From Chrysomallon squamiferum (lineage: Eukaryota > Animalia > Mollusca), in assembly GCA_012295275.1 (NCBI GenBank), contig CM022672.1:6324001-6388000 (forward strand): a stretch of 64,000 nt of DNA, given 5' to 3'. Positions 1-31,961 of the stretch are shown in pieces. The translations under genes and the position numbers were made by a program. Within the stretch, counting starts at the first letter, position 1; each line of letters begins with the position of its first letter. Below the pieces are notes generated by a model. The model did no database searches. It was not told the DNA's origin and saw only the letters and a program-made list of their open reading frames with translations.

Positions 1-275
1 ATTTGTAAGTCTAGGAGGATGTTTGGTTACTATTTCTTTTAAAAAGATTACTTTCGTGTTCATAAAGAAATTGATTAGAAGGTTTTTAAAATATTTTAAA
101 ACCTGTTTGAACATAAATGCCAAAAAAAACAAACAAAAAAACATGCTTAAAATGCATGTCTTACAAAAATAGTAATTATAATTACAGATGATCATCAAAC
201 ATGAATTCTAACTAACAATAAATTTCCTAGTGACAAATACAGTATTTTAACAGCTAAGATGTTTTGAATGATTAC

Positions 276-21809
<21,534 letters not shown>

Positions 21810-22268
21810 TTTTCTTCACTAGAATAAATTAATAAATAAATAATTAGTGACATTATTATTATTATTAATAAAGATTTCAAAACTCTCAGTGACGCTGTAG
21901 AGGGCAGTGGTATTGAATATTTGCAAGGTAATTTTTATCTGATGTTATTAAAGACACATCAATGCCTTTAATAAACCACTGATGGGCAACAACTGAAAAA
22001 CAAAAAAGGCTGAATCCTGTTAAAAACTTTTAATTTAGACATGCATTATATAATAAAAAAAATAATAAAAAAGAAAAGAAAAATATTAAAAATAAAAAAA
22101 ATAATGATAATGAGATTTATTGAAGTATGTGACAAAAAACTGAAGAAATAGGAGGAAAAACAAGACTTGAAGTTTTTTATTTGTGAATAGACTTTTTCTG
22201 TCTGTATTATATATAGCTAAAAAAAAATAAAAAAATAAAATAAAAAATGATTGCTAATAAAGTTGTAC

Positions 22269-23372
22269 ATTAAATAATTGGCACTATAAACAAAATTTAA
22301 AAGAGTGCAAATATTTTGAATGGAATAGGTAATTAAATAAAAGAGTGTACTCGTGAAAACAAAAGATCTTTCTTCTAGTGCCAAGATTTCAAGTTACTAA
22401 ATGATTATAGATAATAGGTTCCAAGATAATTTAAAGGAAATTGGTTGGATGCCAAGTCAGCTTCTTCATCAACTAAAAACATTTCTTGATAACCTACTGC
22501 TATTTTAAAGATTTTTTTCCAAGAAACAAAAAACTTGAAACATCATAAACACAAAATTATAACAAAAAAAACAACCAAAACCAAATAATAAAGTATTTTC
22601 ATCTTTATGAAAGTGGAGTTATATTACTTCTATAAATTGAGTCCAGCCTGTAAGATATAAAATGTGCAATTTTACTAATCTTATCTTTAGATTTGAAAGA
22701 CAAAAAAGTAATGTAAAAAATTAAATAACTAAATAAATAAAATTAAATTTAAAAAAAATAAATAAAAAGTCATTAATCAACATTCACAAGTTTGCAGCTT
22801 TATTATTCAAAAGGTTAAAAAAAATCATAATACTAAAACAAAATCAAGGGTACTGTCAACAATGAACAAGAACCTCCCATATCACAGTACTATGTATGTA
22901 CATACCTCTAAATCGTTTACATGCAGATAACAGAAAAAGAAAAAGGCAGTATAAGCCATACAGCATCAAGTAAGCCAACAGCAAGAAAAGCAAAGTTAGA
23001 AAAAACAGATCAGGATAAATCTCTATGAAAGGGCATTTAAACATTTCAGTGTACAACGTTCTGTTTTAAAGAGCTGCAGACAAACACATCAACAAAAAGG
23101 CACCAACAACTAGCTTATTGGTCAAGCTGACTCAGACTTATATGCAAAGGTTGTGATGGCAACCCATTGCATTACTCAGTGTAATAATCAATAAATATTC
23201 AGTAACCGAACTCGCAGAAGCAATGTAGGTTATCCTGATACTGCAGATTTCAAATTTATATATAGTTGGAAACTGTCTGTTAATAAATAAACTTTGCAGA
23301 TCACATGAAACTATTTTTATTTAATTACTGCATTGATGTTTTAAAAACTAAACAGATTTCAAGTTCTTGACA
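22269..23372 (+). repeat. ~1.1-kb direct duplication, copy 1 (partner 25099-26194)
   Basis: Long near-identical blocks (e.g. CCAAGATTTCAAGTTACTAAATGATTATAGATAATAGGTTCC) with scattered substitutions and indels. Confidence 0.95.
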
Positions 23373-24110
23373 TGTCAAACAGATTGCACAAGGCCAGGCT
23401 TGATTATATTAAAAGGATTCTCTTTTGCTTATGTGGGAATATTCTGTTAATTAAACTCATTCCTTGCTTGGAAGAGCATGATCATGGCTTGTGACGAAAG
23501 TAGGACACGCCTAGCCCTAGATACTGACATTCATAATGTATATGAAGCTAGCAGGACTTGCGAAACTGCTGACCAGTCTTCATCTGAAGTGCTAAAAGCA
23601 GATAATTATGATCAGACTGCTTTAGATTCGAGTGTTTTGCATTGTGATGTTGACACATATGCCAACAAGGTAGTAAGTTTCATATTTTTAGATACAGAAA
23701 CAACTGGACTGATTCTTTACAGCCATGGGTGATTAATAAACTATAAATGTGTCTGAATCCAGAAAAAGGAAAAATGACAACAGTCCTTCAGGCTGCAGGA
23801 AATATACCAAAGATCTTACAGCCATCTTCCTCCCACATCACACAATGCCGAGAGTGACTGTATTACTTTGTTAAAGGTTGTCCTAAAACATTCTCCACAG
23901 TTCTTAGAATGGGTGGACAAAAATGCAATATTATTCAATTCAGTTAGTCCTATGTATTAATACAGATGAAAGTTTGACAGCTATATGTAATTATATATAA
24001 ATTAAATCTCTTTGATACCAGAAGGTAGGATGAAATAGTTTTTTTAAAGAAATATTTAAGTTGAATCTAAATTTTAATAGTATTATATATGAATTCCTCT
24101 GTGTGTGTGT
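23367..24110 (+). pseudogene. internally deleted, frameshifted copy of the neighbouring TREX-like gene
   Basis: Matches 28999-29359, 29433-29488 and ~31232-31551. A 73-nt deletion after DTETTGL shifts the frame (84-aa ORF 23478-23732). A ~1.7-kb deletion removes the intron and ExoII; ExoIII (HNAESD) and the 3'UTR are retained up to the TG repeat. Confidence 0.93.
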
Positions 24111-25097
24111 ATTTTTTTATTTATAATATTTTTCTTTTCTTTTTCTTTTTTTATTTATTTAATACATGCCTAAGTTAAAAGTTTTAATGCTTAGTTATTA
24201 AAAAAACGGGTTATAAAAATCTGATTTCATTGCATTTGTTAAACAAAAGACTGCAGTGTGAATTGGCTTGGGGTTGTATTTTTTTTTCAGTTCTTGCCCT
24301 TCAATGATTTATTAAAGGCAGTGATGTGTGTTTTTTTGTCTTTAATAACATCAGATAAAAATTACCTTGCTAATATTCAATACCACTAGCCTATACAGTG
24401 TCACTGAGAGTTTTGAAATCTTTATTGTAAAGAAAAATGCATGATTAATACAGTGAAACTTCGGGTTACAAACACCTTGGACAAATCGGATTACGAACTG
24501 TGATCTTGGGCAATTTTTATCTTGGTTTACGAATAATGTCCTGAGTTACGAACTACAGCAATGCGCCACAACAAGCTTTGTTTTGATGTCGGTTTTGACG
24601 TCAACATTTAGTAAAGGTAAGAATAGATGCTTACATCAAAACCGAGGTCAAAGTAAGGATTACAGGCATGCCCTATTCTCTATAGCAAATATATATTACA
24701 AATTAAGGCTTTTAGTCTTTAATACACAGTTACAGCTTAACAGCTTTTGCAATGAGATTGAGCACTCAAATTTCTTAAAGTGTTGCTGCTTTTATATGTA
24801 TATTTTTTATCCAATATGGCACCCAAGAAAACAAAAAGTTAAAGTGATAATGCTGGTGGAAAGTATAAATGTATCACAGTAGAGGTTAAGACAGAAATAA
24901 CTGCAAACCCCAAGAATGGACTTTGTATGTCTGACATCACTTAAGTTTACAAAGTGACTTCTGGAACGAATTAAGTTTGTAACCTCAGGTTCAACTGTAC
25001 ATAATAATAATAATAATGTCACTAATTATTTATTTATTCATTTATTCTAGTGAAGAAAAATGACTGAGGTCCAGCCTTGTAAAATAAAGATTTTGGA
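24111..25097 (+). repeat. inverted copy of 21772-22102 (spectrin acceptor, AUG and first 12-13 codons plus upstream intron), interrupted by a MITE
   Basis: 25001-25097 reads TTATTCTAGTGAAGAAAAATGACTGAGGTCCAGCCTTGTAAAATAAAGATTTTGGA, the reverse complement of the spectrin start; 24111-24425 is the reverse complement of ~21866-22102. Confidence 0.92.
24451..24997 (+). mobile_element. Tigger/pogo-type (Tc1/mariner superfamily) non-autonomous DNA transposon, 547 bp
   Basis: TA target duplications (24449-50, 24998-99); imperfect TIRs CAGTGAAACTTCGGGTTACAAAC / GTTTGTAACCTCAGGTTCAACTG; relic ATGGCACCCAAGAAA (MAPKK) transposase start; absent from the donor copy near 21866. Confidence 0.85.
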
Positions 25098-25098
25098 A

Positions 25099-26194
25099 TT
25101 TAAATAATTGGAACGATATACAAAATAAAAAGCATGCAAATATTTTGAATGGAATAGGTAATTAAATAAAAAAGCATACTTGTGAAAACAAAAGATCTTT
25201 CTTCTAATGCCAAGATTTCAAGTTACTAAATGATTATAGATAATAGGTTCCAAGATAATTTAAAGGAAATTGGTTGGATGCCAAGTCAGCTTCTTCATCA
25301 ACTTAAAACATTTCTTGATAACCTACTGCTATTTTAAAGATTTTTTTCCAAGAAACAAAAAACTTGAAACATCATAAACACAAAATTATAAAAAAAATTA
25401 AAAAAACAATCAAACCAAAATCAAAGTATTTTCCTCATTAAGAAAGTGGAACTATATTACTTCTATAAATTGAGTCCAGCCTGTAAGATATAAAATGTGC
25501 AATTTTTAGATTTGAAAGACAAAAAAGTAATGTCAAAAATTAAACAACTAGATAAATTAAATTAAATTTAAGAAAAAAGAGTAAAAAATCATTAATCAAC
25601 ATTCACAAGTTTGCAGTTTTATTATTCAAAAGGTTAAAAAATCATAATAAAAAAAAAAAATCAAGGGTACTGTCAACAATGAACAAGGACCTCCTATATC
25701 AAGTACTATGTATGTACATACCTCTAAATCGTTCACATGCAGATAGCAGAAAAAGAAAAAGACAGTATAAGCCATACAGCATCAAGTAAGCCAACAGCAA
25801 GAAAAGCAAAGTTAGAAAAAACAGATCAGGATAAATCTCTATGAAAGGGCATTTAAACATTTCAGTGTACAATGTTCTATTTTATAAGAGCTGCAGACAA
25901 ACACATCAATAAAAAGGCTCCAACAAGCTAGCTGACTGGTCAAGCTGACACAAACTTATATGCAAAGGTTGTGATGGCAACCCATTGCATTACTCAGTGT
26001 AATAATCAATAAATATTCAGTAACTGAACTCGCAGAAGCAATGTAGGTTATCCTGATACTGCATATTTCAAATGTTTATATAGTTAGAAACTGTCTGTTA
26101 CCAAAATAAGCTTTGCAATTCATAGGAAACTATTTTTACTTACTAATTTACCACATAATGTTTTAAAAACCAAACAGATTTGAAGCAGTTGACA
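25099..26194 (+). repeat. ~1.1-kb direct duplication, copy 2 (partner 22269-23372)
   Basis: See copy 1; similarity ends at the shared TTGACA. Confidence 0.95.
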
Positions 26195-26442
26195 ACTTTT
26201 AATCATCTTTTTAAGAACTATTAATTAATGCCTTCCTCAAATTAGTTTACACCATATTTCTTTTATGATTCCTGATATTTAACCTTCCTAATCAAATCTT
26301 AATTTTAAAAATGTTCAGTTAATGCTACATTAATGCTGTAGACACTAATAAAGTGCATGGAAACTGACACTTCTCAGTAGAAAACATTTTTAAAACTAAG
26401 ATGGACATATTGGCATTTTCAAACTGAGAAACTCAGTCCATT

Positions 26443-26491
<49 letters not shown>

Positions 26492-26616
26492 ATAGATGAA
26501 CAGATTGATAGACAGATATACAAACCTGAGAAACATTTATTAAAAATAAAATAATATAAATAAAACAGTAGGAAAATCAATTTTACAGTTTTACATTTGG
26601 GTATTTAATTATACCA

Positions 26617-26664
<48 letters not shown>

Positions 26665-26749
26665 AATAAATAAAGAGAGAGACAAAAATAATCAAAAATT
26701 GACATAGTATTATAGTTTTACATTTGAGTATTTAATTATCCCAAACCAG

Positions 26750-27560
26750 GAAATCTTCGCAAACAATATCGTTTTAAAAAACGACGTAAATCGTATCAGT
26801 ACTTAAATTATATTTTCAAATCACATGATAAACTACGGTAATTACTTAATAATTCTTTAATTTTTTCTCACCCATTTTTCACTTTTATTTTATTATTATT
26901 ATATATGAAACACAGGTAGTACCTCTATATATCATACAAAATGTTAATCATAACTTTGCAACGATACACAACTACGATTTATGTGTGCAATTTACAAAAA
27001 TCAACTGTGGACACCGGGTCAGCGACTCTGCAAATGTTAAAATACTGATGGAGTTTGGGTGTGATGCATTCCGTACAGATCTAAAGGCGAGTGCAAGCAC
27101 CTAGATCAAATATTTCTGTTTCTGATCGAATCATAGCACATCTTTTTGTTTGATATATTTCGAAAATAATGTAATAAGGCAAAATATTAAACGTACCTTT
27201 TTGAACGAAACCCTCTAAATTATAAAGCAAACCAGTTCCACCATCCGACCTTGGATTGATGACTCAAAATGTAAGGATAGTGAAAGCAGCCGATATCGCT
27301 TATAAGTTTGCTTTTATTAGTTAAAATCTAAATAACGCACAGACAATAAGTAATTACGGCTGTAAACAGTAAAAAATTATTTCAAACTGATATAATTTAA
27401 TCGCAATCTATATCCAGTTTTTGTCAATAGTTAACATAATGTTGTAAATTTAAGGGGGGAAACCAGATTAGTGTAATGGCAATCACGTGATATCAATCGT
27501 TATCGAGCGAGAATGGTACCGTATTTAACGTTAAAAGATGAAGTTAGATATTTTAACACT
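26750..27560. promoter_or_regulatory. CpG-retaining putative alpha-spectrin promoter/5' region
   Basis: Abrupt reappearance of CpG relative to the gene body; palindromic E-box TCACGTGA at 27483-27490. Confidence 0.45.
27197..27290 (-). other. SPTAN1: probable non-coding first exon (5'UTR) of alpha-spectrin; 5' end approximate
   Basis: Donor AAG|GTACGT at 27196 inside a CpG-retaining segment. The ATG exon has an acceptor only 9 nt upstream, so an upstream exon is required. Confidence 0.5.
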
Positions 27561-27929
27561 AAACAATATTGGTCGTTAAACAAATGAAGGTAAAACATGT
27601 TATTTAACGAATAACTCATTACATTTTAAGTCTCAGTTATAGAGCTTAAATAATAATAATATTCATAATAATAATAACAACAATAACAACAACAACAATA
27701 ATAAAAAAAACTTTTTGAAGTCACTCGCGTCTGTCAAAAGGTTACAAAATGTCACAAAAAAAGAAAATTACTTGGAATAATTTTATAAAACATCAGCTAC
27801 GTGTATATAAATGAACAACAAAAACGAACCGTTAAATACTTGGTGCTGTGCACATTATGAATTTGTTAATAAAAACAAACCAAACACACACTGAACAGGA
27901 TTAATATAATTACTATTGTTACTGAGAGG

Positions 27930-27967
<38 letters not shown>

Positions 27968-28183
27968 GATGTTAATAAAATAATGTTGTGTAATCTGCAT
28001 GCAAAATTATAGAATGGATATTAAATATGCACATATCTATCTATCTATACAGATATAAAAAATTATTAATATTTTATACGACTAATTTAGTAATTATAAA
28101 TCATTTTATAATTATCTAAAATTCATTATGGATGATCAAATATATATTACATACACATACACATCCACATACATAAATACACT

Positions 28184-28776
28184 CAGTGGTATACGAGTTT
28201 AATTCGTTCCGTGATCAAGCTCGTAACTCAATATATTCGTATATCAAATCAATTTTCCCAACTGAAATTAATTGAAATACCATTAATCCGTTCCAGCCCT
28301 CCCCACCCCAAAAAACACATTTTTTTTTTTTTTTTTTTTTTTTGAGTATTTAATTAAGAAAAATATATTTATAAATGACAAATATTGTATAAAAATAAAA
28401 TGTAAAGAAATAACTTGGTTTTGTAAAGTGTATTTATCTTGGAGATCAGACAAATTATTTTAACGACTTTGGCTGGAGTTACAGCCTTTATCGACTCCTG
28501 CTTCAGTACGGTAAATGTCGTAGAAGTACTACGCTTCTACTGCCTTGCCAAGACGACTATACGACACCTCCCTTACGTTTTTCTATGATATCATGCTTTA
28601 GTTCAATGGACATCATCCGCTTTTTCGTCTCAGCACTGTCCTTTGCACTCACTTTCTTAGGATCCATGGTCAAAAAAATGTTTTTAAAAACTGCAAAATA
28701 CTGCACCAAAAGCGGCGGCGTATCTGAAGATAGCTCGTAACTCGGATTTTGGCTCGCAACTCAAAGTACAACCTCG
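28184..28776 (-). mobile_element. Tigger/pogo DNA transposon remnant with degraded transposase N-terminal HTH
   Basis: Minus strand from 28667 reads MDPKKVSAKDSAETKKRMMSIELKHDIIEKRKGGV..., then after a frameshift/stop KRSTSTTFTVLKQESIKAVTPAK (CENP-B/Tigger-type HTH). The end CAGTGG..ATACGAGTTTAATTCGTTCC resembles the 24451-24997 element. Confidence 0.85.
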
Positions 28777-28889
28777 ATATATATATATATATTAGATTTT
28801 AAATACATTTTATATATTTTTAACATAACTGTTAATTTCATAAACCCAAAATTAATCCACAAACATATTCTTCTTATGTTTTCCCATGA

Positions 28890-28990
28890 TGGGAACGACC
28901 ACCGGCGAAATCTATTTATAGAACACCGGTGACGTCAGCTGTTTACTTCCTGGAGAGAAATAGACATTCTCAACGCGCTATGGAAAAGGT
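28890..28990 (+). promoter_or_regulatory. putative TREX-like gene core promoter with CRE and ETS sites
   Basis: Perfect CRE TGACGTCA at 28930-28937 next to ETS core ACTTCCTG at 28945-28952; CpG-rich; ~180 bp upstream of the ATG. Confidence 0.55.
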
Positions 28991-29125
28991 GGCATGTTTT
29001 GACATGTCAAATAGATTTCACAAGTCCAATCTTGATTATATTAAAAGGACTCTCTTTTGCTTACGTGGGGATATTCTTTGTTGTGACACTGCTGTTAATT
29101 AAACTCCTTCATCCCCTGGAAGAGC

Positions 29126-31409
29126 ATGATCATGGCTTGTGACGAAAGTAGGACACGCCTAGCCCTAGACGCTGACATTCATAATGTATATGAAGCTAGC
29201 AGGATTTGCGAAACTGCTGACCAGTCTTCATCTGAAGTGCTAAAAGCAGATAATTATGATCAGACTGCTTTAGATTTGAGTGTTTCGCATCGTGATGTTG
29301 ACACATGTACCAACAAGGTAGCAAGTTTCGTGTTTTTTGATACGGAAACAACTGGACTGCACGATGTAGGTCACAACCCGAAAATTACTGAGTTCTGTCT
29401 GCTGGCTGTTCAGAGAAATGAACTGCATCCCGATTCTTCACAGCCGAGGGTGATTAATAAACTACTAATGTGTCTGAATCCAGAAAAATGTATAACTCCA
29501 TCGGCAAGCATGATAACAGGTAAATAAAAATAGCTGAATAGCGACGAATATCATTACCGTAGATTACAACGTAAGCGTGTTATTTCGGGAAGTGCTGTAA
29601 TTGCAAAAACACTAAATCGTCTTATTGAAAAAAATATTCTCGTTTTACTAAGGTAGTATTCAAATATAACCGTACATAAAATAAAAGTATTTGATTATAA
29701 TTTTTATTATAGACATGCTCAGTTTATAAACTGTTTATGCTAATAATATAATCATAATATAAGCAGAGGCCAGAAAATATATTGTAATATTTTTTTCAAA
29801 CCCAAAACACTTAAATTTGTAACCTGATGGGTGCTGATTTTGTCACTGCTTTAAATCAGTAAAACTGAAAAAAATCAAAAGAACAAAACAATCCAGGTCT
29901 TTGGAGAAATATTGAAATGTTTAATATTTCTAAGATAATATTAAATAATCTTATGTTCATTGTATCAGTTATTTAAAATATAATCTGCAGTTTCTTATTT
30001 TTACATTTTATTAATTTTTATTTTGTTTTGCATTATCCTCAGGCTTATTCAATGATCATTTGGAAAAGTGTGAACAATTCAATGCAGAAATGGTCAGAAT
30101 GATGACCTCATTCATCAAATGTCTTCCTCCGCCTGTATGCCTCGTTGCTCACAATGGAAATGGTTTTGACTTCCCACTACTTTGTTCAGAACTAAAACAT
30201 CTTGACGAATCATTACCTGACAGTCTGTTATGTGCTGATTCTTTGGAATGTTTCCAGCAGATAACTTCCGATAAGGTTGCAGCTGAAATGAGATCTGACA
30301 TGGTTGTTATGAAGCAACATGATGAACGCACACCGTTAAAGAGAGCCACAGTTGCCGATGACCCACCTGTTGTAGTAAAGAAACCCAGAAAAAATCCTGT
30401 TATGCAAGATATTTTGTATTCAGGCATAAACAAAGAGTCAGCAACAAGAAGACTGAACTTCGATATCCCTGAACAAATGGAATGTCATAGTTCAAGAAAT
30501 GAGAAAACTTCATTGCAACCTTCTGAAATACTGACATGTGGAAGAATTCCTATAATTCAGAAATCATCCGTTGTAAAGAAACTAAATTTCACTGACATTG
30601 AAAATGAGGATGCAGTTGATGCAGTTAAAGCTAGCGATGCTGTTTCAGAAACAAAATGTGGTTCTTCCTTCCCAATAAACATGCCAACACCTGAGAGTTC
30701 GCCAGATTCGAAAAAACCAGATGTGTGTTGTAAGGTGCTCACCTGTGGAACAGTTGTTGCAGTTGGTGGTAAAGGTGAAGCCAAAACTGAAACACAAGTA
30801 GAATCAGAAGCTAAAGAATCCAGCAGTTATTCCAGATTAAGCTCTTCAAACAGCATATCTGACAGTGAGATGTTGCTGGCTGGAGAAGATGCTGAAAATA
30901 AGATTAAATACAACGAGTACATTTCAGATCCTCAGCCAGTAAACATTATTTCTGCTGAAGAATGTGCTGTCAGTGATACTCTTTCAAATAGCGAATCAAA
31001 AAGTGACTCAGATGTTTCAGATAGAAAAGATAAAATCATGAGTCAGATGCTGCTTCCAGCGACTAAATATTCCCCTTTAATCATTTCCCCTACAACCAGC
31101 GCTCAGATGAGGAATGAGAACCAGCAGAAGAGTGAAGACGTTGCTCAAGGCAAGGGTTCTCCGGGTAAAAGGGGGAAAGCACTGACAACGACAACAAAGT
31201 CAAGTCCCGTGAAAACATTCCCATGTCGACTGTCCTTCAGGCTGCAGGAAATATATCGAAGATGTTACGGCTGCCATCCTCCCACAGCACACAATGCCGA
31301 GAGTGACTGTATTACTTTGTTAAAGGTTGTCCTAAAACATTCTCCACAGTTCTTAGAATGGGTGGATAAAAATGCAGTACCATTCAATTCAATTAGTCCT
31401 ATGTATTAA
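29126..31409 (+). CDS. TREX1: TREX1/TREX2-family DEDDh 3'-5' DNA exonuclease, 2 exons (29126-29519, 30043-31409), 586 aa
   Basis: ExoI FVFFDTETTGL, PKITEFCLLAV, PRVINKL, ASMITGL across a phase-1 intron (AG|GTAAAT...CTCAG), ExoII CLVAHNGNGFDFPLL, ExoIII AHNAESDCITLL, C-terminus WVDKNAVPFNSISPMY*; no TREX1-type C-terminal membrane anchor. Confidence 0.95.
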
Positions 31410-31538
31410 TACAGATGAAAGTTGTAGAGCTATATGTTATTATATATAAATTAATATAAATCTCTTTGATACCAGAAGGTAGGAGGAAACAGTTTTTTTA
31501 AGTTGAATCTAAATTTTAATAGTCTTATATAGGAATTC

Positions 31539-31541
<3 letters not shown>

Positions 31542-31591
<50 letters not shown>
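31542..31591. repeat. (TG)n microsatellite in TREX 3'UTR
   Basis: Direct reading; one of many. Others: (AAT)n 1436-1517, 34915-34981, 60508-60590; (TG)n 26447-26490; (CT)n 39331-39397, 41778-41844, 56284-56350; (GATA)n 35333-35381, 42373-42437, 63520-63630. Confidence 0.95.
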
Positions 31592-31595
<4 letters not shown>

Positions 31596-31903
31596 TTAAG
31601 GATCTTTTTAATGTTACTACATATACATATATATATAGAACTATTGTATATATATATAATAATATTTATTACTGTTATGAACATCTGAAGTTTTATTAAT
31701 TTATTATGCTGAATATTTTTAAAGATTTTTGCTTTTGTAATCAGCATTACACAAACTAGATAGAGCTTATTTGTAGAAGTTTACTTATTTAGTATGATAT
31801 ACACTATTTCTAAGAATTATAAGATTTTAGTAAATTGTGAACATATTTATTATTAGCATCATCATCATCATTGTCATCATTAATATTGTTACTGTTATTA
31901 TTT

Positions 31904-31961
<58 letters not shown>

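Noticed and set aside
23367-24110. TREX copy as a processed retrogene or functional paralog
   Set aside because: The deletion junction does not coincide with the exon-exon junction; no poly(A) tail or TSD; frameshifted and lacks ExoII.
22269-26194. Duplication as a simple assembly artefact
   Set aside because: Copies differ by many substitutions and indels and flank unique junctions plus a later MITE insertion; long reads are still needed to exclude it fully.
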